DNA of 64,000 nt from Klebsormidium nitens (Eukaryota; Plantae; Klebsormidiophyceae), in NCBI GenBank assembly GCA_000708835.1, contig DF237380.1, positions 1 to 64,000 of the forward strand, in the 5' to 3' direction. The translations under genes were made by a program, and so were the position numbers. Positions 1 through 11,166 of this stretch are shown here, piece by piece (position 1 is the first letter of the stretch; every line of letters starts with the position of its first letter). A model generated the notes under the pieces. That model did not search any database. It saw only the letters and a list, made by a program, of their open reading frames with translations, and was not told the origin of the DNA.

Positions 1-3000
1 AGACGAACTCAGCGCTGCGTGCGAGACTGGGGGGCGGGTTTTTCAGAAAGTGATCGAAGGCCTTTGAGAACAGGCTCCGCGCCCGGCTGTCCTCTAGGTA
101 GAACCCCTTGAGCACCCCATGGACGCTGTACTTGAACCCCCCAGGGACTGACCCATGCGCCGTGCTCTCCTCGAACCGAACTGCCTCTTCTGAGACCCCC
201 AAAACTGCCTCCAGAAACCCGTCCCTGAGCCGATCGAAGTGTCTCTTTCGCTCAGCAAAGTCTGCGTCCCTCACTCTCACCGCCTCCTCGTAGTCGCCCG
301 CGTCTGCGCTCGCAGTCAAAGGCACATAGTAGTCTAGGTCCAGGTAGAGCAGGGAAGGGGCCTCTCCGAGCAGACACTCGTACAGGTGCTGGTGCCGAGC
401 GGGGAGACGGTTGCAGTAAGCCACCAGCGCAGGGACGTCCTTGAAGCTCGTGTACATCTTGACACCGCTGTTTGGCGCGCCGTCGGAGGCAACGAGGATG
501 GCGTGGCCATGAAGGTCCTTCCAAGCCACGGCGAGGTCTCTGGGTCCCCTGCCGGACGGACTCTCCTTGCTTCTGAACCACTCCTGGCCGTACACGGTTG
601 TTGCGTGCTTCTGCAGAGTTGAACGAAAAAGGGATCAGAAAGCTGCGAACTGAAAACCGAATGGCCGTTCAGCTGTGAGCACTGGCCTAAGTGCAACCGG
701 GCCCGACATTCCGAAGCTCGAAGCAGCAACTTCAGAAGCGCTTTCTGCAATACTGCAAAAGATCGTGCGATAGATGGTCCAAGCAGCAAGAAAGTGGGCA
801 AGGTAACTGCCTAAGGGCAATTGCCAGGGGCAACTGCCAAAGGCGTAGAGGGCAACTGCCAGGGGCAACTGTCAGGGGCAACTGCCGAGGTGCTCCGGCC
901 TTAGGCCGTAAGTAGGAAGATGCTTACCAGCAGGCTGCCAACGGAGTCCATATCAGTCGAAGCTGTTGCAATCGAGTTCTGCTCGTCGCCGTTTGCTCCT
1001 GCAGTCTCCTCCACCTCCTGCACAAGCGGAATTTGTAAGCATCACATGGCACAAACGAATCAGCGCCCGGAATTTTGGATATCTTGTGGTTGATGGTGTC
1101 GGAGTCAAAAACCCGCCTAGCAATATAAGCTCATCAAACACCCAAGCACAGACTTTTGACTCGCAAAGCAGAAACGGCCATCCCAGCAGACATCCTCAGG
1201 TTCTCTTGTTCAATGGCGCTGAGAAGTCAAAAGCCGCTTCCTAGTATAAGCATATTCATCATTAGAGGATCCCAGATTTTGACTCCGTCCCAAGAACGGC
1301 CGTTCAATCAAAGCCCGAAAGTACACCTATGTGACAGCGCTCTGGTGCAAAAGTTGCCTCTACAGTCAAAGAAAGCAGAACAGCAATGCCGGCTCAGAGT
1401 TCAAACCGTAAGTCACCTGATCCTCCATTGCCACATCGTTCCGAGCTGCTACGTCATCGTCAACTGACTGCCCGCTATCCGTTAGAGCCGCCCGGCCTCC
1501 GTCAGATGTAGCCTGCGAGGACGGGAGCTATGAGTAAATGCAAGTAAAGGTCCACTTCAACTTAGTCAAGCTCAAGCGTTGTCAGCTTTATGTTGTGGCG
1601 CGCCTGCATAGCAATACTGAGCTTGACCTAATCCAAAGTTCGGGCGAGAAGCCTGCTACTCAGGTCGACCAGGCCCTGCTTTTCACCACCTAAGCCCTAC
1701 CGTACTAAGCTGCCGTGTCTGATGCATGCAGCAAGCCGCGTCAGAGCGTCGTCAGGGGCCTTAGTTTCGAAGGTGCGTACCTGAGAGGAGTGGCAAATTG
1801 AGGCGCCGCCAGCGGAATTGTTGCCATGCCCGTCGACACGTGAGCGCAGCCTGCGAGACGGACGGTGAGCCACGTCTTGCCGCTTGCGCCTTTTGACCAC
1901 CAGGGGGGGCAGCTCGTCGTCTGATTCGCCCATCTCCTTGTTCATTTGAGCGTACTCAACCACGGGATTGACTGCTTCCTGTGTCTCAGAATCGTGGAGA
2001 AAGTCGAGATCTTTGGATGTCGGCTCTTCCAGCTCTTCTTCCTCGTAGTCCCAGTCCTGCTTGTTCTCAAGGTCGACCTTGCTGGCGTCGGAGTCGCTTG
2101 AATCCTGGAGAATTGAGGATAAGTCGCTCTTAGGACGTTCTCTGAGCAGGTCGCTTAACCTAGACTGGCTTCCCGTTGAGACTTAGACGAGACAATCGTG
2201 AGATAGATGCTGAGGGGACATCCTGCTTCATTGCAACCACTCAGCTGACATTTTCCGTTTGAAAGGTTAGCAATGAGCTGCTCAAGGTCCACAGATGTTT
2301 GCTGCGTTACAAGTGCCTTACGTGCAGTGCAGGCAATTGCGCAGACGCTTCGGAAACGAACCTACAAGTGGAGGAAGAGCGGGAATGGCAGCTTTCCAAA
2401 ACAAAAAAGCACTACTTACTTCATCCCCCGCTCCAGATTCAGCTTGTGCAGGCGGAAAGCGAATTGCCTGCCCAGGACTTCCTTTCTCAGCTGCAGCCTG
2501 CAAAGAGGGAAAAACAAGTAGTCAACAAGAGGTATCAAAGTGCTTTCGATGGCCCGGAAGTTGACTTGTTTGGATGGGACGGCCGCCAGCCACTCAAGGA
2601 CCCGAAACGTCCTGATTGCTTGTCCAGAGGAGAGTCAAAACTTCGACCCAATGATATATCCCTGTGTTCTCAAATGCCCCCGGAAATTGACTTCCCTCCA
2701 AACCCCTCTGCAAAAGCCTCCCTCTCTACAAGGGCGCTACCGCAGCAAGGATCGCTCATCCTGCATAAGGGTTTTGCAATTTGATCAACTGAAAGTACTG
2801 GAACTAACGCTGGCGCCGGCACTGACCAATAAGCTGGTTTCCTGCTCAGGCTCACTTGCCAAAGGGTCCAATCTCTGGCCAATCTGCTTCAATGAGCTTT
2901 AGTCTGTGATCGATGCGCTTGCGATCTGCAAAAACTTGACGTTGTAACCAGACACTGAGAGATACAAGACCGGGCTCACCTCCATCCTCGAGTCCTCCAT

Positions 3001-4858
3001 ACTCAATTCTCCTCCACCGCTCTCCACAGGCGCCCCAGCACTCAGGCGCGTTTGCAGCGAAGGCAAGACCGAGGCTGAGGCTGAATCCTCGCTGCTAACC
3101 CCGTCTGATGAGGGCCCCGGGTTGCTATCGACGCAACCAATCATTAAGAGTATTGCTGCATATACGTTAGAATGAGGACGATTAGGGTGCACTGCAATGC
3201 TCGATTGCTCAAACGACTCGGAAAAGCAAGAGAACGCTGACAAAAGGGCGTCACTGCAGGGTGGAACGAGCATGCACTGCTGAGCCAAAACGTTGCGCGG
3301 ACGACTGCATTTGTAGGGCTTTCGGTGCCTTACCAAGCAGCGAATGGCACATGGGCTTCGTGGGGGCCAGCGCCACTTTGAAGTTGGCCTCCTCCCAAAC
3401 TGCACAAGCAACGAACCGTGCAATCAGCTGAAAGCGACAAGACGTGGCTGACGTCAGCAAACGGAACGACATGAATACTTTGCGCCAGAGCTTGGACAGC
3501 TTGGACAGGCCCTGTCCAAGTCCATGCAATCAACTACAGTGGATTCAAGACTGATGTCAGCAAGCCGGACGACATGAATACTCTGCGCCAGAGCTTGGAC
3601 AGCTCGGACAGCTTGGGCACAACCTCTGATGATGAAGATCTGAGCGTCATTTTGATTGGAGGTATGAAGTTGGCGCCCATGTTTTACCTGGTGCATAGCA
3701 GGGTAGACAGGCCGTCGGTTTTGCAATCGAGCCTGGAGCCTCTCCCATGTGCTGCAGCTCCTCTTCAAGCCGCACAACCTCAGCTTTCAAACGGCGCTGG
3801 ACTCGATCCTCCACCCAGTCTGCAATCACAAGCACGTGAGTTTTTTGACAAGAAGTGTGCTTCAGACTGAAAGCTGTGTCTGATCAAAAGCATGCCGCTT
3901 GAAGCGGTGACACCCTTGGCGTGCTTCATCGTGCTTGCAGGGGCCGCTCTTACTTGCTCGATCTTTGTCCAGGAGAAAGACGCCGCTCTGGGGACCGTGT
4001 ACGCTGCAGAAGAACTTCAGCCCCCCACCCCTCCTTGCCTCCACGCAATCCATACTCTGCCTTGACGCCGCAGTCGAGGCAGCGAAGGTCATGTCGCTCT
4101 GGAGAGAAGCGCGAGCAGTGGGTTAGCGAAGTACTTTACATGTACGTATTGCGCAAGAGCTTGACCGCTTTGGACAGCTTCAAGACAGGCCATGTCCCCA
4201 GTGGACGCTATAAGCTACAGTGGATTGATGACGTCAGCATTCGGACCACAGAATACTTTGCGCTAGAGCTTGGACACTTTGGACAGATTGGATAGGCCCT
4301 GCCCAGTCGACGCTAACAGCTACGATGATTGATGATGTCAGCCCCGACACAAAAGCTTGCCTAGAGCTCAGACAGCTTGGACACTCCCTATTCGACCTCA
4401 AGCCGTCAATAACAGGAGCTACCCTAGCTCAGCTTTAAACCCTCAGCAAGGAACCTAGGAGTACTTTTCCTGGGCCCCCTGTCAAAACGGCCCAATGCTG
4501 CTTGAGCAGGACTGATTGGGAGCAAAAGCACTGACGGTGGCTTCTCACCTTGTGCTGGAGGTTCAGCAAGTAACCATGCAAGGTGCCGCTTCGCAGACTT
4601 TCTCGCCCTTGCAGATGAGCGGTAGAGGCGGACTGGCGAGGGCCCAGGAGCAGCTCGCGCCTCCTTGAACTTCTGGGCCCGCCTGCGACGAGGGATAGGT
4701 TCAGCGTCGCACTGCGCGTTGACAGCAGCGATGAGAGCCTCCTGCTTCTCAGCGCTGATTGTGATGCGCTCCCTGTAGTCGGCGGCGCGCGCATGTCGTG
4801 CCGCCTGACAAACTCGATGATCTGACTTGGTCCTTCCATGGGGCCGAGTCCTTGCCAT
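1..4858 (-). CDS. Multi-exon gene encoding a PrimPol-like archaeo-eukaryotic primase (AEP) domain behind a 2A-like motif and an acidic linker; 3' end lies outside the window
   Basis: Exon 610..<1 is missing from the ORF track because it runs off the edge. It translates to KHATTVYGQEWF...HLYECLLGEAPSLLYLDLDY...FEESTAHG...FKYSVHGVLKGF, matching PrimPol motif I (hYhDxD/E, 332-340) and motif II (SxH, 119-127). Upstream exons join in phase with GT-AG ends: 928-1017, 1417-1512, 1781-~2165, ~2420-2497, ~2985-3152, ~3330-3445, ~3690-3820. The 5' exon (MARTRPHGRTK..., ATG 4858) and the upstream joins are less certain. Confidence 0.7.
812..890. repeat. Intronic minisatellite, about 6 copies of GGGCAA(C/T)TG(C/T)C
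   Basis: Visible at 812-890: gggcaattgcc...gggcaactgcc...gggcaactgcc...gggcaactgcc...gggcaactgtc...gggcaactgcc. Confidence 0.85.
3450..4390. repeat. Dispersed ~60-100 bp intronic repeat family, 4 diverged copies
   Basis: Core tcagc...gaatact(t/c)tgcgccagagcttggacagct(t/c)ggacag at ~3455-3520 and ~3558-3620, with more diverged copies at ~4234-4305 and ~4338-4385. Confidence 0.8.
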
Positions 4859-6551
4859 GTCCTAGAAGAACCCCACCGCTGCACAGGGAAGTAAAGAAAG
4901 CAAATGAGAGAACTGAGTTCGGCCACAAATGCAATGAGTCTGGCGCTTCTTCCTTTCAACATAGACCTGTGGGCTAACCATTCTTCCCCTCTAATGTTCA
5001 AGTCCTTTAAGCTGTTGACATCCTAAACCCCTCAGTTCAGACAGTCTATGAATACAAAGAGGCACGCATGAGAGCGCCAATGAAAAGAGAGCAAACTTCT
5101 GAGGTGCAAATCAGAATGGATGCGCTGCATTTGAGCAGCGCTTAAGCAGCTCAAAACTTGAAAGAAAGTGACCCCAAGCTGGGCGCTGATCCATTGGGTC
5201 CTCAACAACCAACTACCAGCTTTTCATCATCGTATAGCGCCCAAGAAGGCAGAGGCAACGGCTTTTCTGACCCCCTCCAGATCTGATCTGGTTTGCAGCA
5301 AAACAGCTCGGTGCCGCACACATCATTGAGCGGCGCCCTCATGTTAACCATGTGCCCGATCAACCCTTGCTGTGGACAGCTATGACAAGTAATCTATTCC
5401 TTCTCAACACCCAAAGAGTCAGAAGAGCTGAAGAGTGCACAAAAACGTGAGAGTTGTTGAGCTGTGGGCTAGCACCGGCTGATTGGTTGACTTCCGAACA
5501 ACGACAAGATACTCAGGGCTTGAGGAATGTTGCATGCAAACACATAGCAGCAGCACTTCGCAGATGATTTGAGCTGCTCTTACCTGTAAGTGGCGACCCA
5601 GAAAGTGGTGCCCACGGTGGGGGATTGTCCAAAACCAGCACCCAATGCAACTTGGAAAGCTTCTTAGTAGCGATTGAGCACCTATAAACAGAGGCCGCTT
5701 AGCAAGCTTTGTAGATAAGCTCCAGACTAGCTCAATGAAGCTCCTAGTCTGGGGAATCAAGCTCCAAGCCAGCTGACTCGACTCCCTATCCAAATGAGTC
5801 AGCAAAGTAGCAAACGATGCCAAGTGGCTGGCAGCATCAAGGTGCCATGAAAGGCACCAAAGGTGCCATTGCGAGCTGAGTGCCATCAGCAAGGTGCCGC
5901 AAGTGGCACCGATGGGTGCCAGGGGTGCTGGTGCCATTGCGAGCTGAGCTGCCACTATAGTGCAGGAAGGACAGAGCAACTAGAATTGACGCACTTCAAT
6001 GTCCACACCGGTAACAGTAGACGAAGTCTTTGGTAATGGCTGGGCAGCTTGTAGACTGGCGGGGCGCCCGGTGGTCCCACCCGGTCTCGTCGCTGCTGAA
6101 ACGACGGCCTCGCAACCTTCTTTCCCCGGGCATGGCCGGACTGCCGAGGGGGGCTGACATGGCGCCCTCCCAGTGGCCAGAACTTAATGCCGAAGTTCAA
6201 TTGCTTTGCTGGTAACTTCACAGAAACGAAGGATTAGAACGTGGCAGTTGCTGCCCAACAGCGATCGAGCGCCTTCGTCTGTTGTTCAGACGACGACAGA
6301 GCAGCTCGAGAGCTCAGGTTGAAGTGTTAGCTCAGCAAGGCACGGAGAACACTCTGCTCGTGCTCTACATGTAGTGCGGAGAGCAAAGCAGACTACTCGA
6401 CCAGTTTTAAGGGGCTTCTGCTCTAGAAAAGGGATGTACAACCGAGTTCCGTTTGTTCAGTTAAGGGGTTTGTCGCACTGCTGTCCTATTCCCACTTTCT
6501 AGTTGGGTCTTTCTAGTTTTGAGTCCTTCTTCCACTGTCTAGTTTTGAGTG

Positions 6552-9500
6552 ATGGCTGACAACGTGGGCGCGGGAGGGGCTGTTGACTGGAAGCAGCTCT
6601 GCCAGGATGCTGGGTTGAGTTGGTCTGTGGAGGAGCTAGGTCTGGCGGGCATCCCCACAAAGGATGTACCGCTCCTGATCCAGGTCAGTCCATAACCTGG
6701 ATCTCTGACCATGTCTGTTGTCCCCGTCAGGTTTTCGGGGCACTCGTGTGCTGTTGTCAGACGGCTTATATGCAGCTTTTAAGTAGTTTGAGCATTGGAG
6801 CCTAAGAAGAGAGAGTTGGGTTACGCTGCTGAGTGTCCTTGAACACCTAGGTTCGAGTCCTTCAACATAAATGGATTGCGAGAAAAGCTGACCCACTCAA
6901 GGTCGATGTCAAGGAGTGCCAACGATATTGTATCTTTACTTGGATGTGACAATTTTTCTGTGCTTCGTGCGCTTGATTAATTCAGAATTGGAGAGCCATG
7001 TATCGCTTCAAGCTTTGATGATTGTGTTTTCAAGTGATGAAGGTGTTTTCAGGAGGATACAAAGAAATGAGAACACACCAACTCTTAAACCCTAAAATGT
7101 GGCCAGCTCAAATCTCTACAGGAAGCAAATGTCTTTTCGCAGACTTGGCTGACGTCTGCCCTTGTGCAACTCTTGTCTATGAAGCAGCAACTGGAGGACA
7201 GCTAGCAATGGCTGGTTTGGAAGCTATCTATGGCAGTGTATAAACAACTCTTTCTTTGTCTTCACAGGTCCGCAAAGCTCTGGAAGAGTACCTACAGTTG
7301 GCAGGTGATCGCCAGTGGATGGTGCACCGGTTCAACCTGAAGCAGCTGCATGCAATGCTCGATGGTGGTTATCAGTATGTGGGGGATTTCGCGGTCGCTA
7401 CGGACAGTGGCCTGAAAGCATGCGGACTGCCCCCGGCTGTAGTGGACAACGTGCTCTGCGACCAGGACAAAGGTGCGTCATCAAATTCTATGGAATAGGC
7501 CAATGCAAGATTGCTCTCGGAAGCCTTTATTGCATCATTGAGACGTTTGACTGAATGTTCAGGAGCATGAACCCAGCAGGCATTCATGTGAGTCTTGGTT
7601 TCTCTGTTTGCAGCAAGAGTTGCTCTAGGCCAGCGGCAGCAATTGCTACAACCCACAGGACTTCAAGGTGGGTTTTGCAGTCATGTATTCAGCGTCTGTA
7701 CGCCTGAAAATTGATTCCCACATGTGACCTGTCCTCTTTTCAGCATCTCATCCTTCAAGTACTCGTTGTACTCTGGTAAGAGCGATGAACCTTTCTCAAG
7801 GCTTATACATGCAGAATACTTCTGTAAAAGTCGCTGGTGTTCCACTGTCTGCTTGGCGGCATGGTGTTCCAATGTGTGGTTGGCAGCAGCGCTCCTGCAC
7901 CCAAAGTGCAGGTAGCATAGTTTCTAGTGTAAATTGCACAGTGATTTTGTGATTCCAGGCGCTTCTCCCAACAAAAGGCAGCGGGTCGACATCAAACTAC
8001 GGCCGAGTGATTTTGGATCAGTAAAGAAAGGGGTGCCCTACTTGCTCCAGCCGCTTCGGTCAGATACCGATCCCCTCCAGCAAAGCAAGGCTTGCTTCAT
8101 TACCGGCCGGCCCATGATCGCCCCTGTTCGGGGTGCCCTGTCAGCAGCCCTCTTGGCTCCTGAGTTTGGCCTCATTCTGGACGCCTTCTGGCGGGACCTC
8201 GGCAACCCAACGCCCTACTACTTCCAAGTGAGTGGTGTCCTAGGCACGTCTCATGTGGGGTTGCATCTATTGTTTGCTTCACCCTTGACTCATGGTACAT
8301 GCCCTGCTGTGCAATTGTACCGGAAGTGACATTCCGTCGCTTCTCTGCATATGTGAGCCGGATATCCAATGCAGCAAGCTCAATTCCTGCCGTTAGTTCG
8401 GGAGGAGGTTGGAATCAAGCTCCTGGGTGCACTTCGCTGTCGCCCTAAGCTTTCAGGTTATCTACGGTGTGCTGAGCAGTAGAAACCTGCCCAAGAAAGT
8501 TTCTATGGGAGTCACTTGAGTTTTTTTTGCTTTAGCATTTTCTAATCTGCTAACTTGATTGCATGCAGCAAGCCCACAAGCTTCTAAGTTTGATGCGAAA
8601 AGTCTACCCCGACGAGAAGCATCGGCAAGAAGCATACATGGAGTGGCACAACGACACGTACCCAGGACTGAAGATTGGGCTTCCTGACCGTTCGACGTCA
8701 ACACCCAGCCCCAGCATCGGCGAACCAGCTTCTGATGGAACGTTTGCGGTGCCCTCGACGTCTGGGGAAAGCCGATGTGCCATCGTACTTGAGGCCAAGA
8801 ACGAGCTGGGAGCGGCTGGAGATCCGCACTTACAGGGCCTCCGTTACTATCAGGTACGTTAACCTGACAGAATGTGTGAAGGGCGTCCCGACCAGAGCTC
8901 ATGTCTCCACTTCTAGTCTCCGTGTTCAAGTCTGTGAGCCAGTGTCACGAGCAGAACCCTGTGCTTTTATGACTTCAGATGAGTAGAAAGCGTAGAAACT
9001 GAGGAAGCGCTTGTGCAGGTCCTGTGAGAATAGAAGCTCCTTTAGAAAGCAGAAAGCCATCACTGTTTCCACACTTCTTACGGCAAATGAGCGCAACCTC
9101 AGCACGACAGTACTCCGCGATCCGGACTGACCGAACTCGCAACCTGTCCACAGATCCTTATTGGTGACGGGCAAGCAACGTACGACTACCTGGAGGCCAT
9201 GGGGCATCCAGCCTTCCTCATTGGGCTGAGTGGGCCTCACTTGGACATAAGTGGTGAGATCTCCTTGGCGGTGCTTCGTCCCCCACTGGTTTCTGGATAT
9301 CTGCTCAAGTCTGCTGTGGAGACACCGCTTTGTCTATTCTTGGTTTTTGAGTTTCTGCTCAGGTCTGTTGTGATAAAGTAAATTCTTTTACAGTATTGAA
9401 TGACGAGTTGGCACACTCACGTTGTTCCATTGTCCAAGACTTTGTGCGATCGTTGAGCAGATTGGCGCTGAGTAGAGGCGGGCGGGTGAGATGGTGCTTT

Positions 9501-11166
9501 CGTGCCATTTTGGCGGTCAGCACGTGATGTATAGTTGTTGCAGCTCATGTATGTTGCATTCTTCTTTCATGCAGCCATGTATCGAACCGACAGCAATCAG
9601 GTGGTGCTGGAGCCGTTGACGCCGCTGATGTCCCTGACATTCGATCCGCTCCGTCAGCCAACAGCAATGGCCAGCCTTGCCAGGGTCCTTATGGCGCTCG
9701 GCGTGGCGGGATGGGGACTGGTGCAGCGCCTCCTGAAATTCCAAACCCCCAATGACGACTGGTTGCAGGGCTGCCAAGAGCAGCGTGTGCTGGTAAGCAA
9801 GCTGGAGCATATTCTGCTTTGTAAGTATCTTCCCCTTTTTAGCTGGCCAACTCATGTTTGGCGACATGGTATGAGAGTCAGGACCGTGCAGCCCATCTTT
9901 GGATGAGGCCTACGATGGAGCTTTACCGTTAACTGCAGAGGAGCAGCTGCTGTCATTGCACGATCAAGCCGCAAAGCATCTTTTGTGCGAAACAGGAGAT
10001 GTCGCATGCACCAATTGCCCTTTCTTTCTTCGTTGGCCCAACTTGCAGGATGCTGTAACGTGGGCAGCTGGGTATGAGGGCAACCACTGCAGGAAGTGGT
10101 TTGGCTTCGTACAGAGCGCAGCCAACGACCTGAAAGCCCTGTGCGGACAGCGCGCGAAGGCTAGGGACTTGGTGCCGTACCCCCTTTGGACCACAGAGTA
10201 CGAGGGACTTCGGCTGCTGCTGCCGACGAACTCCAACCGGTTGGTGTATGCGGCGACGAGACTGTGGGACGGGGTCAACAAGGCGGTGGTCATCAAACTC
10301 ACCAGCGAGAAATACCCCGAAGAAGTGAGGAAGAGCGCATGCTTTTCTTGCAACGTTGGACCTGCCGTGAAGTATCTCAGGAGTCCTTGGCAAAGTTCTG
10401 CTAGTTGCGTACTGGCTATTGTTCTCGAGATGCATTTCACCATATTCAGGGCAATCGATCTGCGTTGACCCTTGTCCAAATCAATTGACTGTGGCCATGC
10501 AACTTGCTAATCGCTGTTCCCTACAGTTGTCCTACTCTCTTCTTGCAAAGATCAGATTAAGTTCCATCTTTCTAGCTAACGACTAAGGATCTGTTGAGAA
10601 GACACCAGGCAGGGGATCTAGTGCCTTCCGAATCTCGTTTCTTATGTGATATTGAGCGAAGCTTCTCTTGAATAAGCAGACAGCAAATTCCCCCGACGAC
10701 TTTGGCCGTGATTATGTGATTTTGTGCTCAGGTGCATCGTGTGTGGAGTGGCGCGCAAGTAGCTCCGGAGCTCTGTGTTTGCGAGTCGCTGCCCGGTGGT
10801 GGCTCTTTGGTCGCGATGGAGAAGTTGGGGGCTGATTGGTCGACCCTCGACATGCTGGAAGGAAAGGAGCGGCAGCTGGCCAAGGAGGCCGCACGGAAGG
10901 CCCTTGCTCAAGCACACGAGCTCCCTGTGACCGTTGGGTCAAAGAAGGGGGTTGTTGTGCATGGGGATGCGCGCGGCCCCAACATCATGGTCCGCCGCTT
11001 AGGAGAGGAGTGGGACGTCAGGTTTGTTGACCTAGATTGGGCTGGGTTTGATGGGGTAGCAAGGTATTCATTCAGTCTCAACCCTCGCATTAATTGGCAC
11101 CACGATGCAAAGCAAGGGGCAATTATGCGACAAGAACATGACCGTCACCTGCTTGACAGTGTTTGA
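6552..11166 (+). CDS. PD-(D/E)XK-like nuclease domain fused to an atypical protein kinase (Crinkler-related REase+kinase architecture), about 9 exons
   Basis: Phase-consistent GT-AG exons: 6552-6683, 7268-7472, ~7610-7667, 7959-8228, 8569-8853, ~9153-9252, ~9575-9793, 10049-10325, 10732-11166. REase-like motifs SDG...IVLEAKNELGAAGDPHLQGLRYY. Kinase motifs VVIKL, HGDARGPNIMV, FVDLDWAG. No internal stops in the spliced model. Confidence 0.8.

Noticed and set aside
5419-5979. 186-aa minus-strand ORF as a retroelement RT/RNase H remnant
   Set aside because: No RT, RNase H, integrase or Zn-knuckle motif in any frame. It is more likely UTR/intron sequence.
6845-6865. GGTTCGAGTCC B-box-like motif (another near 17697) as a tRNA gene
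   Set aside because: No matching D-arm, anticodon arm or acceptor stem around either site.
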